IMG/VR virus record: IMGVR_UViG_3300025782_000068
Location: 1-25,179 of that record
Origin: a virus
Lineage: Duplodnaviria > Caudoviricetes
Direction: 5' to 3' (one strand)
DNA: 25,179 bases
The notes under the pieces were generated by a model, which searched no databases, was not told the origin of the DNA, and saw only the letters and a program-made list of their open reading frames with translations. The position numbers and the translations under genes were made by a program. Of this stretch, positions 8,485 to 15,476 are shown piece by piece (position 1 is the first letter of the stretch; the number at the start of each line of letters is the position of its first letter).

Positions 8485-8806
8485 CCTGCTCTCCCTCTAT
8501 GTATGTTCCGTCTTGCGCCAACCTTACAGGATTTTTACCAAAGATGCTTACAGGCACATCCTCTGGGTTTTGGTATGCCGAAACCATCCAGCCTTTTTCA
8601 GTAGCTTCTTTAGGGCGCAAGTGAATTGAGTGTGTACCGAGGTTATGGCATTTATGGCAGACTGCTACGAGATTAGCAACCTCATCTTTACCGCCTCGGC
8701 TTTTTAACTTCCGGTGATGTAGCGCCAAGTCGTGCGATGGAACACCGCAACGCTCACAAAACCCACGCGCTCTCGCCAATACTGTTTCGGCGATTTGTTT
8801 ATCCAA
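8450..8806 (-). CDS. HNH endonuclease
   Basis: CERCG...LHHRKLKSRGG...NLVAVCHKCH; probable TTG start at 8806. Confidence 0.85.
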   Translation of the reverse strand: MDKQIAETVLARARGFCERCGVPSHDLALHHRKLKSRGGKDEVANLVAVCHKCHNLGTHSIHLRPKEATEKGWMVSAYQNPEDVPVSIFGKNPVRLAQDGTYIEGEQDGNNHSNGRSW

Positions 8807-9086
8807 TAATGCCGTAGATTTCTCTTGAACTAAAGATTTTGTAATCCTGACCATCTACCTTAATAGGTACGCCTGAGTGCTGGTGGAATGTCACGCGATC
8901 GCCAACTGCGATATCTAGCGCAATGCGAACGCCGTTTTCGTATCTGCCGGGGCCAACTGCAACAACAGTTCCCTCTTGTGGTAGTTCTTTGGCTGAATCA
9001 ACAAGGATAATTCCTGATGTTGTCTTTTCCTCGATTGGGTCAAGCTCAACAACAACTCTATCTTCTAAAGGTTTAATCATTTCCAT
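8799..9086 (-). CDS. groES: Co-chaperonin GroES (Cpn10)
   Basis: IKPLEDRVVV, mobile loop KTTSGIIL, EGTVVAVGPG, VGDRV; RBS AGGAG. Confidence 0.95.
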   Translation of the reverse strand: MEMIKPLEDRVVVELDPIEEKTTSGIILVDSAKELPQEGTVVAVGPGRYENGVRIALDIAVGDRVTFHQHSGVPIKVDGQDYKIFSSREIYGIIG

Positions 9087-9613
9087 TTCTCCTGTTCGTA
9101 ATACATAAAGGGTGGTGCGGTGTATGGGTCTTTATTGGCTGCGATCTCCAATGCCTTCTTCATGCTCGCTCCTGCTTTAAGCGCTCCGATAGCCAGCGAA
9201 CTTCCTGAGCCGATACCATATATACCATCAATATCAAGGCAAATGGCAAAGTCATCGCTAATGTCAAATATCTGACCACCAAGCGCAATGAGAAATGCAA
9301 AACTGCCTTCATCATCTTTATCCTCATCCCACTTGTAGTCATTGTCTTTGAAAGCGCGCTTCATTGACGGCACAACTTTACTAGCAAAGAAGTGGTACAA
9401 GTCTTTTTTATCTTTATCTGTCGGGTTAGGTGGCGACCATAAATGTTGAATGATGTCGCAAGCTGAACTCAAGCCAGCCCCGGCGATTATGTATTGACCG
9501 CGCTCTACGACTTTCACCATCTGCGGGTGAACATACTTGCGGTTAGATGTGACTAACGAATCCGCGCCGATAACGGCTTTGGTCGGAAATTCTTTGCCTA
9601 CTATCGTGGTCAC
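9077..9613 (-). CDS. Proteasome-beta/HslV-like N-terminal Thr hydrolase
   Basis: GTG start gives M-TTIVG. After Met removal Thr1, Asp17 and Lys33 are at canonical positions; also IAGAG, GIGSGS and DPYT motifs. Confidence 0.88.
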   Translation of the reverse strand: MTTIVGKEFPTKAVIGADSLVTSNRKYVHPQMVKVVERGQYIIAGAGLSSACDIIQHLWSPPNPTDKDKKDLYHFFASKVVPSMKRAFKDNDYKWDEDKDDEGSFAFLIALGGQIFDISDDFAICLDIDGIYGIGSGSSLAIGALKAGASMKKALEIAANKDPYTAPPFMYYEQEKWK

Positions 9614-9619
9614 TTGCAA

Positions 9620-9628
9620 ATCTTAACA
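9620..9628 (-). promoter_or_regulatory. Extended -10 promoter, leaderless start of the protease gene
   Basis: TGtTAAGAT, then 6 nt, then GTG; no Shine-Dalgarno. Confidence 0.5.
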
Positions 9629-9739
9629 GAAGGGAGCGCTCCCCTCAGAGCGCTCAACCTTCTCCATCGCCGAGTGAACGGCCTCGGCAATCTCAGGAAT
9701 CATGCTCGACTCGTAGTCGGTGATGATCTCTGTACCCAT
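9623..9739 (-). CDS. Small acidic hypothetical protein (38 aa)
   Basis: Own translation: MGTEIITDYESSMIPEIAEAVHSAMEKVERSEGSAPFC; fills the gap between two genes. Confidence 0.45.
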   Translation of the reverse strand: MGTEIITDYESSMIPEIAEAVHSAMEKVERSEGSAPFC

Positions 9740-9742
9740 AGG

Positions 9743-10138
9743 CTAATAATAGCCGTGCTTCAAGTGAAACTTGAGTGCGTTGCAGCTATTCCCATAACGG
9801 GAATTTATGTAGCGCAATCCGTACTGCACCTGAACTACTGGGTTTGAAGTCTTTATGAAGTTGTAGGTTTTCCAAGTCTGATTAAGGAATTGGAATATGC
9901 CGTAAGCCGAGGAGTGCGGGTTTTTAGCCTTAGCGTTCCAATGGCTTTCTAGCTTCACCAAGCGATCTAAGCAACTGAACTCTTTGGGCGTTAGCAGGGT
10001 TTGGGCGTAAGCGCGAGGCTGATGCACAAATTCCTGCATAGGCGAGAGTTTAGGCTCAAAGGCTATGGCTGGTGTTGCGAACGCAATCCCTACGGCTAGA
10101 GCCGCTACTAGAAGGGAGCGCTTTGAGAGCTTTATTAT
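9743..10138 (-). CDS. Secreted lytic transglycosylase (SLT/lysozyme-like), probable ATA start
   Basis: Catalytic-type LESHWN, SSAYGIFQF and GLRYINSRYG motifs. An in-frame signal peptide (IIKLSKRSLLVAALAVGIAFATPAIA) lies upstream of the first ATG (10039). Confidence 0.85.
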   Translation of the reverse strand: MIKLSKRSLLVAALAVGIAFATPAIAFEPKLSPMQEFVHQPRAYAQTLLTPKEFSCLDRLVKLESHWNAKAKNPHSSAYGIFQFLNQTWKTYNFIKTSNPVVQVQYGLRYINSRYGNSCNALKFHLKHGYY

Positions 10139-10314
10139 GCGCCAATCTCTCCCCCTCTTGATACTTCGATGGCGGTTGCCTTACCTTTAGTTGAGGTAGC
10201 CATTTTCGGCTCCTTTCTCTTTTGGTTACTTGCTAGTGTACGGCAGGTTGAGCATAGGGTGTCAAACACCCACATCCCGCAACCCTTACAACGGGCAATC
10301 TTGCGCTCATTCAT
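10135..10314 (-). CDS. Small CxxC-CxxC protein (59 aa), with a possible internal start at 10203
   Basis: Own translation: MNERKIARCKGCGMWVFDTLCSTCRTLASNQKRKEPKMATSTKGKATAIEVSRGGEIGA; strong AAGGAG before the internal ATG. Confidence 0.6.
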   Translation of the reverse strand: MNERKIARCKGCGMWVFDTLCSTCRTLASNQKRKEPKMATSTKGKATAIEVSRGGEIGA

Positions 10315-10447
10315 TTAGTTCACGCTCAATCGCTTGAATAGTGGCGCAGGGATAAGCAACATGAACTACTGAAGTCGTACAGGCTTTGCATAGCCCGTAA
10401 TTTGGCTTGTGCAAGTTTATTTTTGCCAGCAATTCATCGTGTGTCAT
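10307..10447 (-). CDS. Small Cys/His protein (46 aa)
   Basis: MTHDELLAKINLHKPNYGLCKACTTSVVHVAYPCATIQAIERELNE; ATGA-coupled; H..CxxC..YPC pattern. Confidence 0.75.
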   Translation of the reverse strand: MTHDELLAKINLHKPNYGLCKACTTSVVHVAYPCATIQAIERELNE

Positions 10448-10965
10448 TTCATCGCCTCAGCTACTAATTCGGCAAGATTGTCAAGGCTTCCAGCGTTCTT
10501 GATAACACGATCAAACTCCCAGTTGTCTAGCGCGTGTTCTGAGATGTGGTCATTTACTGGGTCAATGTCAGGGCGCTCAACACGCCAAATCTCGCCATGA
10601 TTCCACTTGATGCCGTAATACTCGTTGCCAAATCGAACATCTGTCACGACCACCTTGTCGTGGAAATCCAAACTATCAAGCACCTTCATGGCCCAAACAT
10701 CCTCGCCAAACTGCTTGCGACCTACCTCTGTGCCAAAGACTTGCAGCAAGCGCCGGACTTCAAAGTTCTTTTTAGCAAAATCCCACCCGTACTCATCTAC
10801 AAGATCAGCAACGCGGATGCGATCTGACACCAAAGGGTTTAGCTCGTAGAGAGCATCACGAATAGCATCGGCAAAGGCTATACGCTTGTAGCCATAAAGA
10901 TCAACGAGAACCTTGGCGACTTCATCCTTGCCAGACCCGGCGCGACCACTCAATCCAATAATCAT
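10444..10965 (-). CDS. Deoxynucleoside monophosphate kinase (T4 gp1-like)
   Basis: IIGLSGRAGSGKD P-loop, AFAD, RRLLQVFGTEVGR, TDVRFGNE, HISE. Confidence 0.93.
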   Translation of the reverse strand: MIIGLSGRAGSGKDEVAKVLVDLYGYKRIAFADAIRDALYELNPLVSDRIRVADLVDEYGWDFAKKNFEVRRLLQVFGTEVGRKQFGEDVWAMKVLDSLDFHDKVVVTDVRFGNEYYGIKWNHGEIWRVERPDIDPVNDHISEHALDNWEFDRVIKNAGSLDNLAELVAEAMK

Positions 10966-11081
10966 TCTTTACCCCATTCAATTCCTACCCAAAATAAAAT
11001 TAAATCAATGCCAATTCCCCATCGGTCAATTCTTATGCCGAAAGCAGTAGAGCGCTTAAACCAACCTGTGTGAAAACTCAT
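10962..11081 (-). CDS. Small Trp/Gly-rich hypothetical protein (39 aa)
   Basis: MSFHTGWFKRSTAFGIRIDRWGIGIDLILFWVGIEWGKE; ATGA-coupled on both sides. Confidence 0.65.
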   Translation of the reverse strand: MSFHTGWFKRSTAFGIRIDRWGIGIDLILFWVGIEWGKE

Positions 11082-11248
11082 GGCTTTGCCCCCCAACCAT
11101 TTCCGCGAAAGTGTGCTGGTGTTGGGCGAATGACCTTCTGCATCTGCTTCTGGCAGAGTGGGCAATCTGGTACTGAATTATCCTCAAAGGTCTGATACAT
11201 CTCGATTGAGGAACTATCGTCATAGCACTTGTATTCGTATGTAGGCAT
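11078..11248 (-). CDS. FmdB-like zinc-ribbon protein (56 aa)
   Basis: Own translation: MPTYEYKCYDD...DCPLCQKQMQKVIRPTPAHFRGNGWGAKP; the second Cys is replaced by Asp. Confidence 0.82.
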   Translation of the reverse strand: MPTYEYKCYDDSSSIEMYQTFEDNSVPDCPLCQKQMQKVIRPTPAHFRGNGWGAKP

Positions 11249-11529
11249 TAGAACAATCCTGTCTGTGTGATTTCAGTTGATAGCCAAACGATGCACTCGT
11301 TGTTGTTGGCGTTCAGGCGTGTCTTGCCTGAGTCGTAGATCAAGCCATCCTTGAGTAAAGATAGGCGAGTTGGGCGAAGGGTGTCGCCAGATATCTTGAG
11401 AGCCTGTTGCAGCTCTTGATCGGTTGCGCCGTGTTCTTGCTGGTCAAGAATAAACTGATAAACCTTAGCGCGGTTAGAGCCAAATTTAGGTCTAGCCTTC
11501 TCATAAGCTGCTGCCGATGTGGCTCTCAC
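11248..11529 (-). CDS. Winged-HTH-like DNA-binding protein
   Basis: GATDQELQQAL...TLRPTRLSLLKDGLIYDSG.TR...IVW pattern. Confidence 0.75.
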   Translation of the reverse strand: MRATSAAAYEKARPKFGSNRAKVYQFILDQQEHGATDQELQQALKISGDTLRPTRLSLLKDGLIYDSGKTRLNANNNECIVWLSTEITQTGLF

Positions 11530-11777
11530 TTCTCACCCAACGCAATCTGAGCGCAGAGGTCTTGAACTTGTAGCGCAACATTCTCAATGCCCAACTTGAC
11601 CAACTTCTTGCGGTCTTGAGTTACGGGTAGCGCGCAAATCTGCTCATAGATTTCTAGTCGAGTTTGAGCGCGGATAACATTGATAACCTGCTTGAGAATC
11701 TCTTGACCCTCTGGGGTATCAAGCACCAACTGATTATCCTTGACTGACCAATGCTGGTCTTTGCACATAACCTTCAC
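11526..11777 (-). CDS. Hypothetical protein
   Basis: 83 aa; GGAG RBS; GTGA-coupled. Confidence 0.75.
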   Translation of the reverse strand: MKVMCKDQHWSVKDNQLVLDTPEGQEILKQVINVIRAQTRLEIYEQICALPVTQDRKKLVKLGIENVALQVQDLCAQIALGEK

Positions 11778-11857
11778 GATAAATCTCCATCCTCAAAATA
11801 AATGAGCGCAAACGCGATTAACATGACTAACGGTATTCCAAAATAAATAATAAACAT
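11774..11857 (-). CDS. Single-TM micro-protein (27 aa)
   Basis: MFIIYFGIPLVMLIAFALIYFEDGDLS; GGGAG RBS; TAATG and GTGA coupling. Confidence 0.65.
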   Translation of the reverse strand: MFIIYFGIPLVMLIAFALIYFEDGDLS

Positions 11858-11967
11858 TATCGCTCCCAACCTAAATCCTCTGGGTCAGCAAATCCCATGT
11901 GGGCGATGAGCTGGCAAATGCCTTCCTCGCAATCCTCGCAAGGCTTGTCTTTCTCCATGTCACTCAT
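11857..11967 (-). CDS. Small acidic Cys-containing protein (36 aa)
   Basis: MSDMEKDKPCEDCEEGICQLIAHMGFADPEDLGWER; coupled on both sides. Confidence 0.65.
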   Translation of the reverse strand: MSDMEKDKPCEDCEEGICQLIAHMGFADPEDLGWER

Positions 11968-12125
11968 CGGATATCCTCAAATCCCTCAGAGATGCCAAAG
12001 ACTGAATATGGGTCAAACGGCCCCCAAGGTTCGCCACACTTGCTGAACTCACACTCAAGGCAAGTTTGGTGGTAATCGCAGAGGTGACATTTGACCTCTT
12101 CAAAGTCGTGTTTCTCGCAAATCAT
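11964..12125 (-). CDS. Small Cys-rich protein (53 aa)
   Basis: MICEKHDFEEVKCHLCDYHQTCLECEFSKCGEPWGPFDPYSVFGISEGFEDIR; GGAG RBS; ATGA-coupled. Confidence 0.7.
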   Translation of the reverse strand: MICEKHDFEEVKCHLCDYHQTCLECEFSKCGEPWGPFDPYSVFGISEGFEDIR

Positions 12126-12406
12126 ATCGTTGCTCCATCCGGCGAGATGTAATCGGTCAGCATTAGGTAAGAACCTGTTGCGGTGTCAAAGTGTGTTTCA
12201 GACTGAAAACCTAGTGATGCCAAGTATTGCTGGCAGACAAGAGTTTCAAGGTAGCGATCTACCCAGTACGCCATCTTGTAGGAGAAGTTGGTTGTTACTG
12301 GCTCAAAGCGGTGTTGTTTGATAAGCCAGTCTTTGCCCCAACGCATCGCGGTATCGGCAATGCGGTCAAAATCCTCGGCGGTGATTGTCATTGTGATAGT
12401 AACCAT
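12122..12406 (-). CDS. Hypothetical protein
   Basis: 94 aa; GAGGTGG RBS. Confidence 0.75.
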   Translation of the reverse strand: MVTITMTITAEDFDRIADTAMRWGKDWLIKQHRFEPVTTNFSYKMAYWVDRYLETLVCQQYLASLGFQSETHFDTATGSYLMLTDYISPDGATI

Positions 12407-12589
12407 TTATGCCACCTCACTCATCAAAGCAGCAACTTCTTCTTTTGCATTAAATAAAGCTAAATCCCAATTTTCTGAATCTGATACATAACCAATCAAT
12501 GAACCCTTGGTATAAGTGCCAAACCATAATTCATAAGAAGCGCCGACTTTGTATAAACGATATTCGCCGTCTTTTTTAATAGCCTTCAT
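12407..12589 (-). CDS. Hypothetical protein, first gene after a putative early promoter
   Basis: 60 aa, AT-rich, GGGA RBS. Confidence 0.75.
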   Translation of the reverse strand: MKAIKKDGEYRLYKVGASYELWFGTYTKGSLIGYVSDSENWDLALFNAKEEVAALMSEVA

Positions 12590-12602
12590 TTTGTTCCCGT
12601 TC

Positions 12603-12660
12603 TATTGAAGTGCCGTTCACTTCAATAAGACAACAGTAACGCTTCCCTTACAGATATCAA
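12603..12660 (-). promoter_or_regulatory. Putative early promoter with leader hairpin
   Basis: TTGATA-16nt-TACTGT with AT-rich upstream tract; 10-bp inverted repeat TATTGAAGTG/CACTTCAATA (12603-12627) before the RBS. Confidence 0.6.
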
Positions 12661-12693
12661 GACCATTTTGCTAAAATTTTGAAGAAATAAAAA

Positions 12694-12711
12694 TTAGAAC
12701 AGATGTTCTAA
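12694..12711. promoter_or_regulatory. LexA/SOS-box-like palindrome
   Basis: TTAGAACA-GA-TGTTCTAA contains GAAC-N4-GTTC. Confidence 0.5.
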
Positions 12712-13097
12712 ATACAGTCAAAACTGTCGCTGATCTCAATATCTACGCCCGGCTGGTCTGAGTATTCCTTGCTGGCGGTAATTTTAATGACCTGAGCATC
12801 ATCGGCAAAAGCGACCCCTGTTAGCCCGTCATTGACCCCTCGAATGTATTTATCAAGGTCTGGCGCAACTGTTGGATGCTCGCGCTTGACGGATTTAGGG
12901 CGCTTTACTCGAAATCGCATAGTTATCTCAATCGGGTCGAGGATTGGGGTACAACCAGCGAGTTTAGCGGCATTAGCTATATCAGCGCGCCAAGCCGCTA
13001 ACTCAACTGCCTTGTTATGAATCATGCGCCCGTGTCCAACATGCCTCATTGAGCCTTGTTGGATTGGAGTGCCTTCCACGCTGAACTTAAAGCTCAA
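12708..13097 (-). CDS. rusA: RusA-like Holliday junction resolvase
   Basis: VEGTPIQQGS, RPKS, PDLDKYIRGVNDGL, ADDAQV. Confidence 0.92.
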   Translation of the reverse strand: MSFKFSVEGTPIQQGSMRHVGHGRMIHNKAVELAAWRADIANAAKLAGCTPILDPIEITMRFRVKRPKSVKREHPTVAPDLDKYIRGVNDGLTGVAFADDAQVIKITASKEYSDQPGVDIEISDSFDCI

Positions 13098-13278
13098 TCG
13101 TCACAATCTCGTCAGGAAGCACAAAACGGGTGCGACCTGCGCCCATTGTGTCGCGCAAACGCAATTCCTTGCCAATGCGCTCCTCTTCGATCTGAATTAC
13201 CTGCCAGCGATGACCATTGATGACCAAGGTATCACCGACTTCTAACTGCTCTGCCTTGCAGATGTGTAAGGTTTTCAC
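13087..13278 (-). CDS. Small beta-rich hypothetical protein
   Basis: 63 aa, GAGGGGG RBS, AEQLEVGD motif. Confidence 0.75.
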   Translation of the reverse strand: MKTLHICKAEQLEVGDTLVINGHRWQVIQIEEERIGKELRLRDTMGAGRTRFVLPDEIVTIEL

Positions 13279-13333
13279 AATTATCCCCCTCAGGATTAGT
13301 AAGACTTACGAGTTAAAGTGTGACATAAACCGC

Positions 13334-14062
13334 TTATCGGCGCAAACTAGACCTAACGCTTTCGGGCATAGGAACACCCTTAGGGACTTCGTCAGCCGTG
13401 AACTTAGGTGGAAGTATCGTAGGAGCGCTAAAAGTGGCTCTAAAGCCATTCTGAGGCGATTTAAGGGGTAGTGGGTCGTCACTCCATGACCCACGATTAA
13501 GCCAAGTCGCCGGGTGAGCCGTGTATTCAGGCTCGCGGTTAGGGTCTTGGGCGTAACGGGTTGCCCCTTCAAGGATTTCAGCTGCCGAGGCACTCTTAAG
13601 CGCTTTGGTGTAAGCCTTGAGAGCATCTGCCTTTCCGACCTTTCTTGGATAGACAGACCAAAACTCATCAAATGTATCTGTCTTCTGTATTCTGTTTTCT
13701 GTATCTGTTTCTGTATCTGTTTCTGGTACTCGTACATTTTGCGTAGTACGGTTTCTGTACGAGCGTACACGCTCCCGTTCAGCATCTTTTTTAGCCTGAA
13801 CATCGGCTCGACTGGTCTGGTGTTCGCAGTAGTCGTGAATCTGCATCCCACCATCGGCAATGTCCCAAAGTCCGGCATCAACCAGCTCTAGGTGCGCCGA
13901 ATCCCCATCAAGGCGCTTGACTACCGCTTGAGCCAGAAAGCCATCTGTTAGGTACTGGTTGGCGTAGCACAAGCCTTCAATGTATAGGCGAAAGGCGCTA
14001 TTGCTTAGTGGCAGGATTTTTGGGTTGTTGGGAAGTGTGTCGTCTAATTTAATCCAAGTCAT
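13334..14062 (-). CDS. Putative replication initiator protein
   Basis: N-terminal WIKLDD...PKI...AFRLYI..LCY...LTDGF; low-complexity ETDTETDT linker; C-terminal FDEFWSVYPRKVGK...HPATWLN...W.D. Confidence 0.75.
   Translation of the reverse strand: MTWIKLDDTLPNNPKILPLSNSAFRLYIEGLCYANQYLTDGFLAQAVVKRLDGDSAHLELVDAGLWDIADGGMQIHDYCEHQTSRADVQAKKDAERERVRSYRNRTTQNVRVPETDTETDTENRIQKTDTFDEFWSVYPRKVGKADALKAYTKALKSASAAEILEGATRYAQDPNREPEYTAHPATWLNRGSWSDDPLPLKSPQNGFRATFSAPTILPPKFTADEVPKGVPMPESVRSSLRR
13673..13770. repeat. Iteron-like repeats inside the initiator gene
   Basis: TGTATCTGTTTC x2 perfect (13700-13723) plus 2 degenerate copies, followed by five GTAC sites in about 45 nt. Confidence 0.7.
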
Positions 14063-14355
14063 TTCAGCGTTGCCACCGACTTGATTGCCAAATTGAAAAT
14101 AGAGTTAATCCATTCGGCATACGACTCAGGCTCTATCTCCTCAGGATTTACCAGTTTGCGCCTTGCTCGTTCCAGCGCATCCATGACCTCTAGGCGATAT
14201 TCCTTATTGCCAGCCTTTACCATCTCGATAAAAGTTTGATCTTGCTCCCAAATGCGAAGCAGTTCTAATTCGTGGTGGCACTCTCGACCATCTCGGCACT
14301 TTTCCTCATGCACTTTTGTCACGATATTAGCCACGATCTGTGTAGGTGTAGTCAC
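14059..14355 (-). CDS. Hypothetical protein (98 aa)
   Basis: GTG start after GAAAGGG; HEEKC...CHH motif; ATGA-coupled to the initiator. Confidence 0.7.
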   Translation of the reverse strand: MTTPTQIVANIVTKVHEEKCRDGRECHHELELLRIWEQDQTFIEMVKAGNKEYRLEVMDALERARRKLVNPEEIEPESYAEWINSIFNLAIKSVATLK

Positions 14356-14707
14356 TTCTAACCCTTTCCACTTTTGAGGCTTCGATAACATCAGCAAAGG
14401 GTATGCCAGCGTTCTCAAAAGCATCTCGCAACCCGCCGACTCGCGGATTGTCAATGTTTCCGTTTTCAATCATTCGCCGTTCTTTAGCAGTTGTGCCACC
14501 CATAAACGCCCACCTATCTTTGTCGGCAAAAGCCCACATCAGACACTCTTGGCGAATCGGACAAGCAAAACACACCTTGCGAATCATCTGCCGATCAACT
14601 TTGATAGCTTCTAAGTTTTCATCCTCTTCAAAGAATAAATCTGTGGCAATTCCTCGGCAGTTAGCCTTCTTCCACTCGATCTCTTCCCAAGTTATTTTCC
14701 GGCGCAA
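14327..14707 (-). CDS. whiB: WhiB-family Fe-S transcription factor
   Basis: W..ANC...DLFF...VCFACPIRQECL and the turn AFMGGTT.KERR. Start is TTG 14707 or ATA 14695. Confidence 0.9.
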   Translation of the reverse strand: MRRKITWEEIEWKKANCRGIATDLFFEEDENLEAIKVDRQMIRKVCFACPIRQECLMWAFADKDRWAFMGGTTAKERRMIENGNIDNPRVGGLRDAFENAGIPFADVIEASKVERVRSDYTYTDRG

Positions 14708-15336
14708 GTTTTCCCCCAATATGAACAGTATTCTCGACAAAAGAAAGCGGCTGATCGTTCTGGCGCTGGTGGGGAAGTCATCGCCTTTACATCTGCTACC
14801 CATGCCCTAGCCTCATCAACAAGCTTCGGGTTGTAGTCATCTTCCCACGCAACAATGTCGCTCATCTTGCCATCACGCGGAATAAATACAAGACCCACTC
14901 GCTTGACAGGATACTTCTGAGCGATAAGGCTCGCGTAGATATTGACCTGCATTTTCTGTTGTTTGGTAGGCAGACCGCCTTTGGCAAGTTTTGCCAGCGT
15001 GACAGTTTTCCAGTCGTAAACAGTTTCAGCATTGCGTGAGTAGAAATCCACATGACCTTTGAAGTATTCATCCTCAAACGCTTCTTCAAGCAAGAAATCC
15101 TCGCCAAAGACATCGTAGGACTTGAGCGCTTCGTAGATCGAGTTGTGGATTGCCGTACCCATAATTGCGGCTAGAGATTCGGTGTTGGTGTTGCACTTAG
15201 GCGACTGGTTGAGAATGTGCCAAGCCTGAGCGCGACAACCCCCAACCGAACTAGCACCTAGCTCAACCTGCACCGAGCGATCTCGTTGTGAGTCGGCTTC
15301 TTTCAGCGCGACTTGTAAAGTTTTGACGATATCCAT
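14692..15336 (-). CDS. Cas4-like PD-(D/E)XK exonuclease
   Basis: GASSVGGCR, GTAIH, GHVD, YDWKT, QVNIY and C-terminal CREYCSY...C. Confidence 0.9.
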   Translation of the reverse strand: MDIVKTLQVALKEADSQRDRSVQVELGASSVGGCRAQAWHILNQSPKCNTNTESLAAIMGTAIHNSIYEALKSYDVFGEDFLLEEAFEDEYFKGHVDFYSRNAETVYDWKTVTLAKLAKGGLPTKQQKMQVNIYASLIAQKYPVKRVGLVFIPRDGKMSDIVAWEDDYNPKLVDEARAWVADVKAMTSPPAPERSAAFFCREYCSYWGKTCAGK

Positions 15337-15476
15337 TAGTAGCCGCCTAAGCAGTTCTTGGATTTGGTGTGACGGCGATATTGCAGGGCATACATGGTCT
15401 TGGTTGGCGCAAATAGATCAACCTTGCAAGCACCGCAGTTGCCATACCACTCATCGGCTTGGAAGTCGTGGGTCAT
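15336..15476 (-). CDS. Small CxxC..H..C protein (46 aa)
   Basis: MTHDFQADEWYGNCGACKVDLFAPTKTMYALQYRRHTKSKNCLGGY; GGAG RBS; coupled on both sides. Confidence 0.72.
   Translation of the reverse strand: MTHDFQADEWYGNCGACKVDLFAPTKTMYALQYRRHTKSKNCLGGY

Noticed and set aside
13306-13891. Long alternative-frame ORFs 13306..13881 (-) and 13514..13891 (+)
   Set aside because: They lie almost entirely over the initiator gene, have no recognisable motifs, and their repeats mirror the DNA repeats.
14692-15336. Cas4 as part of a CRISPR-Cas locus
   Set aside because: No array or other cas genes; the context is a phage recombination operon.
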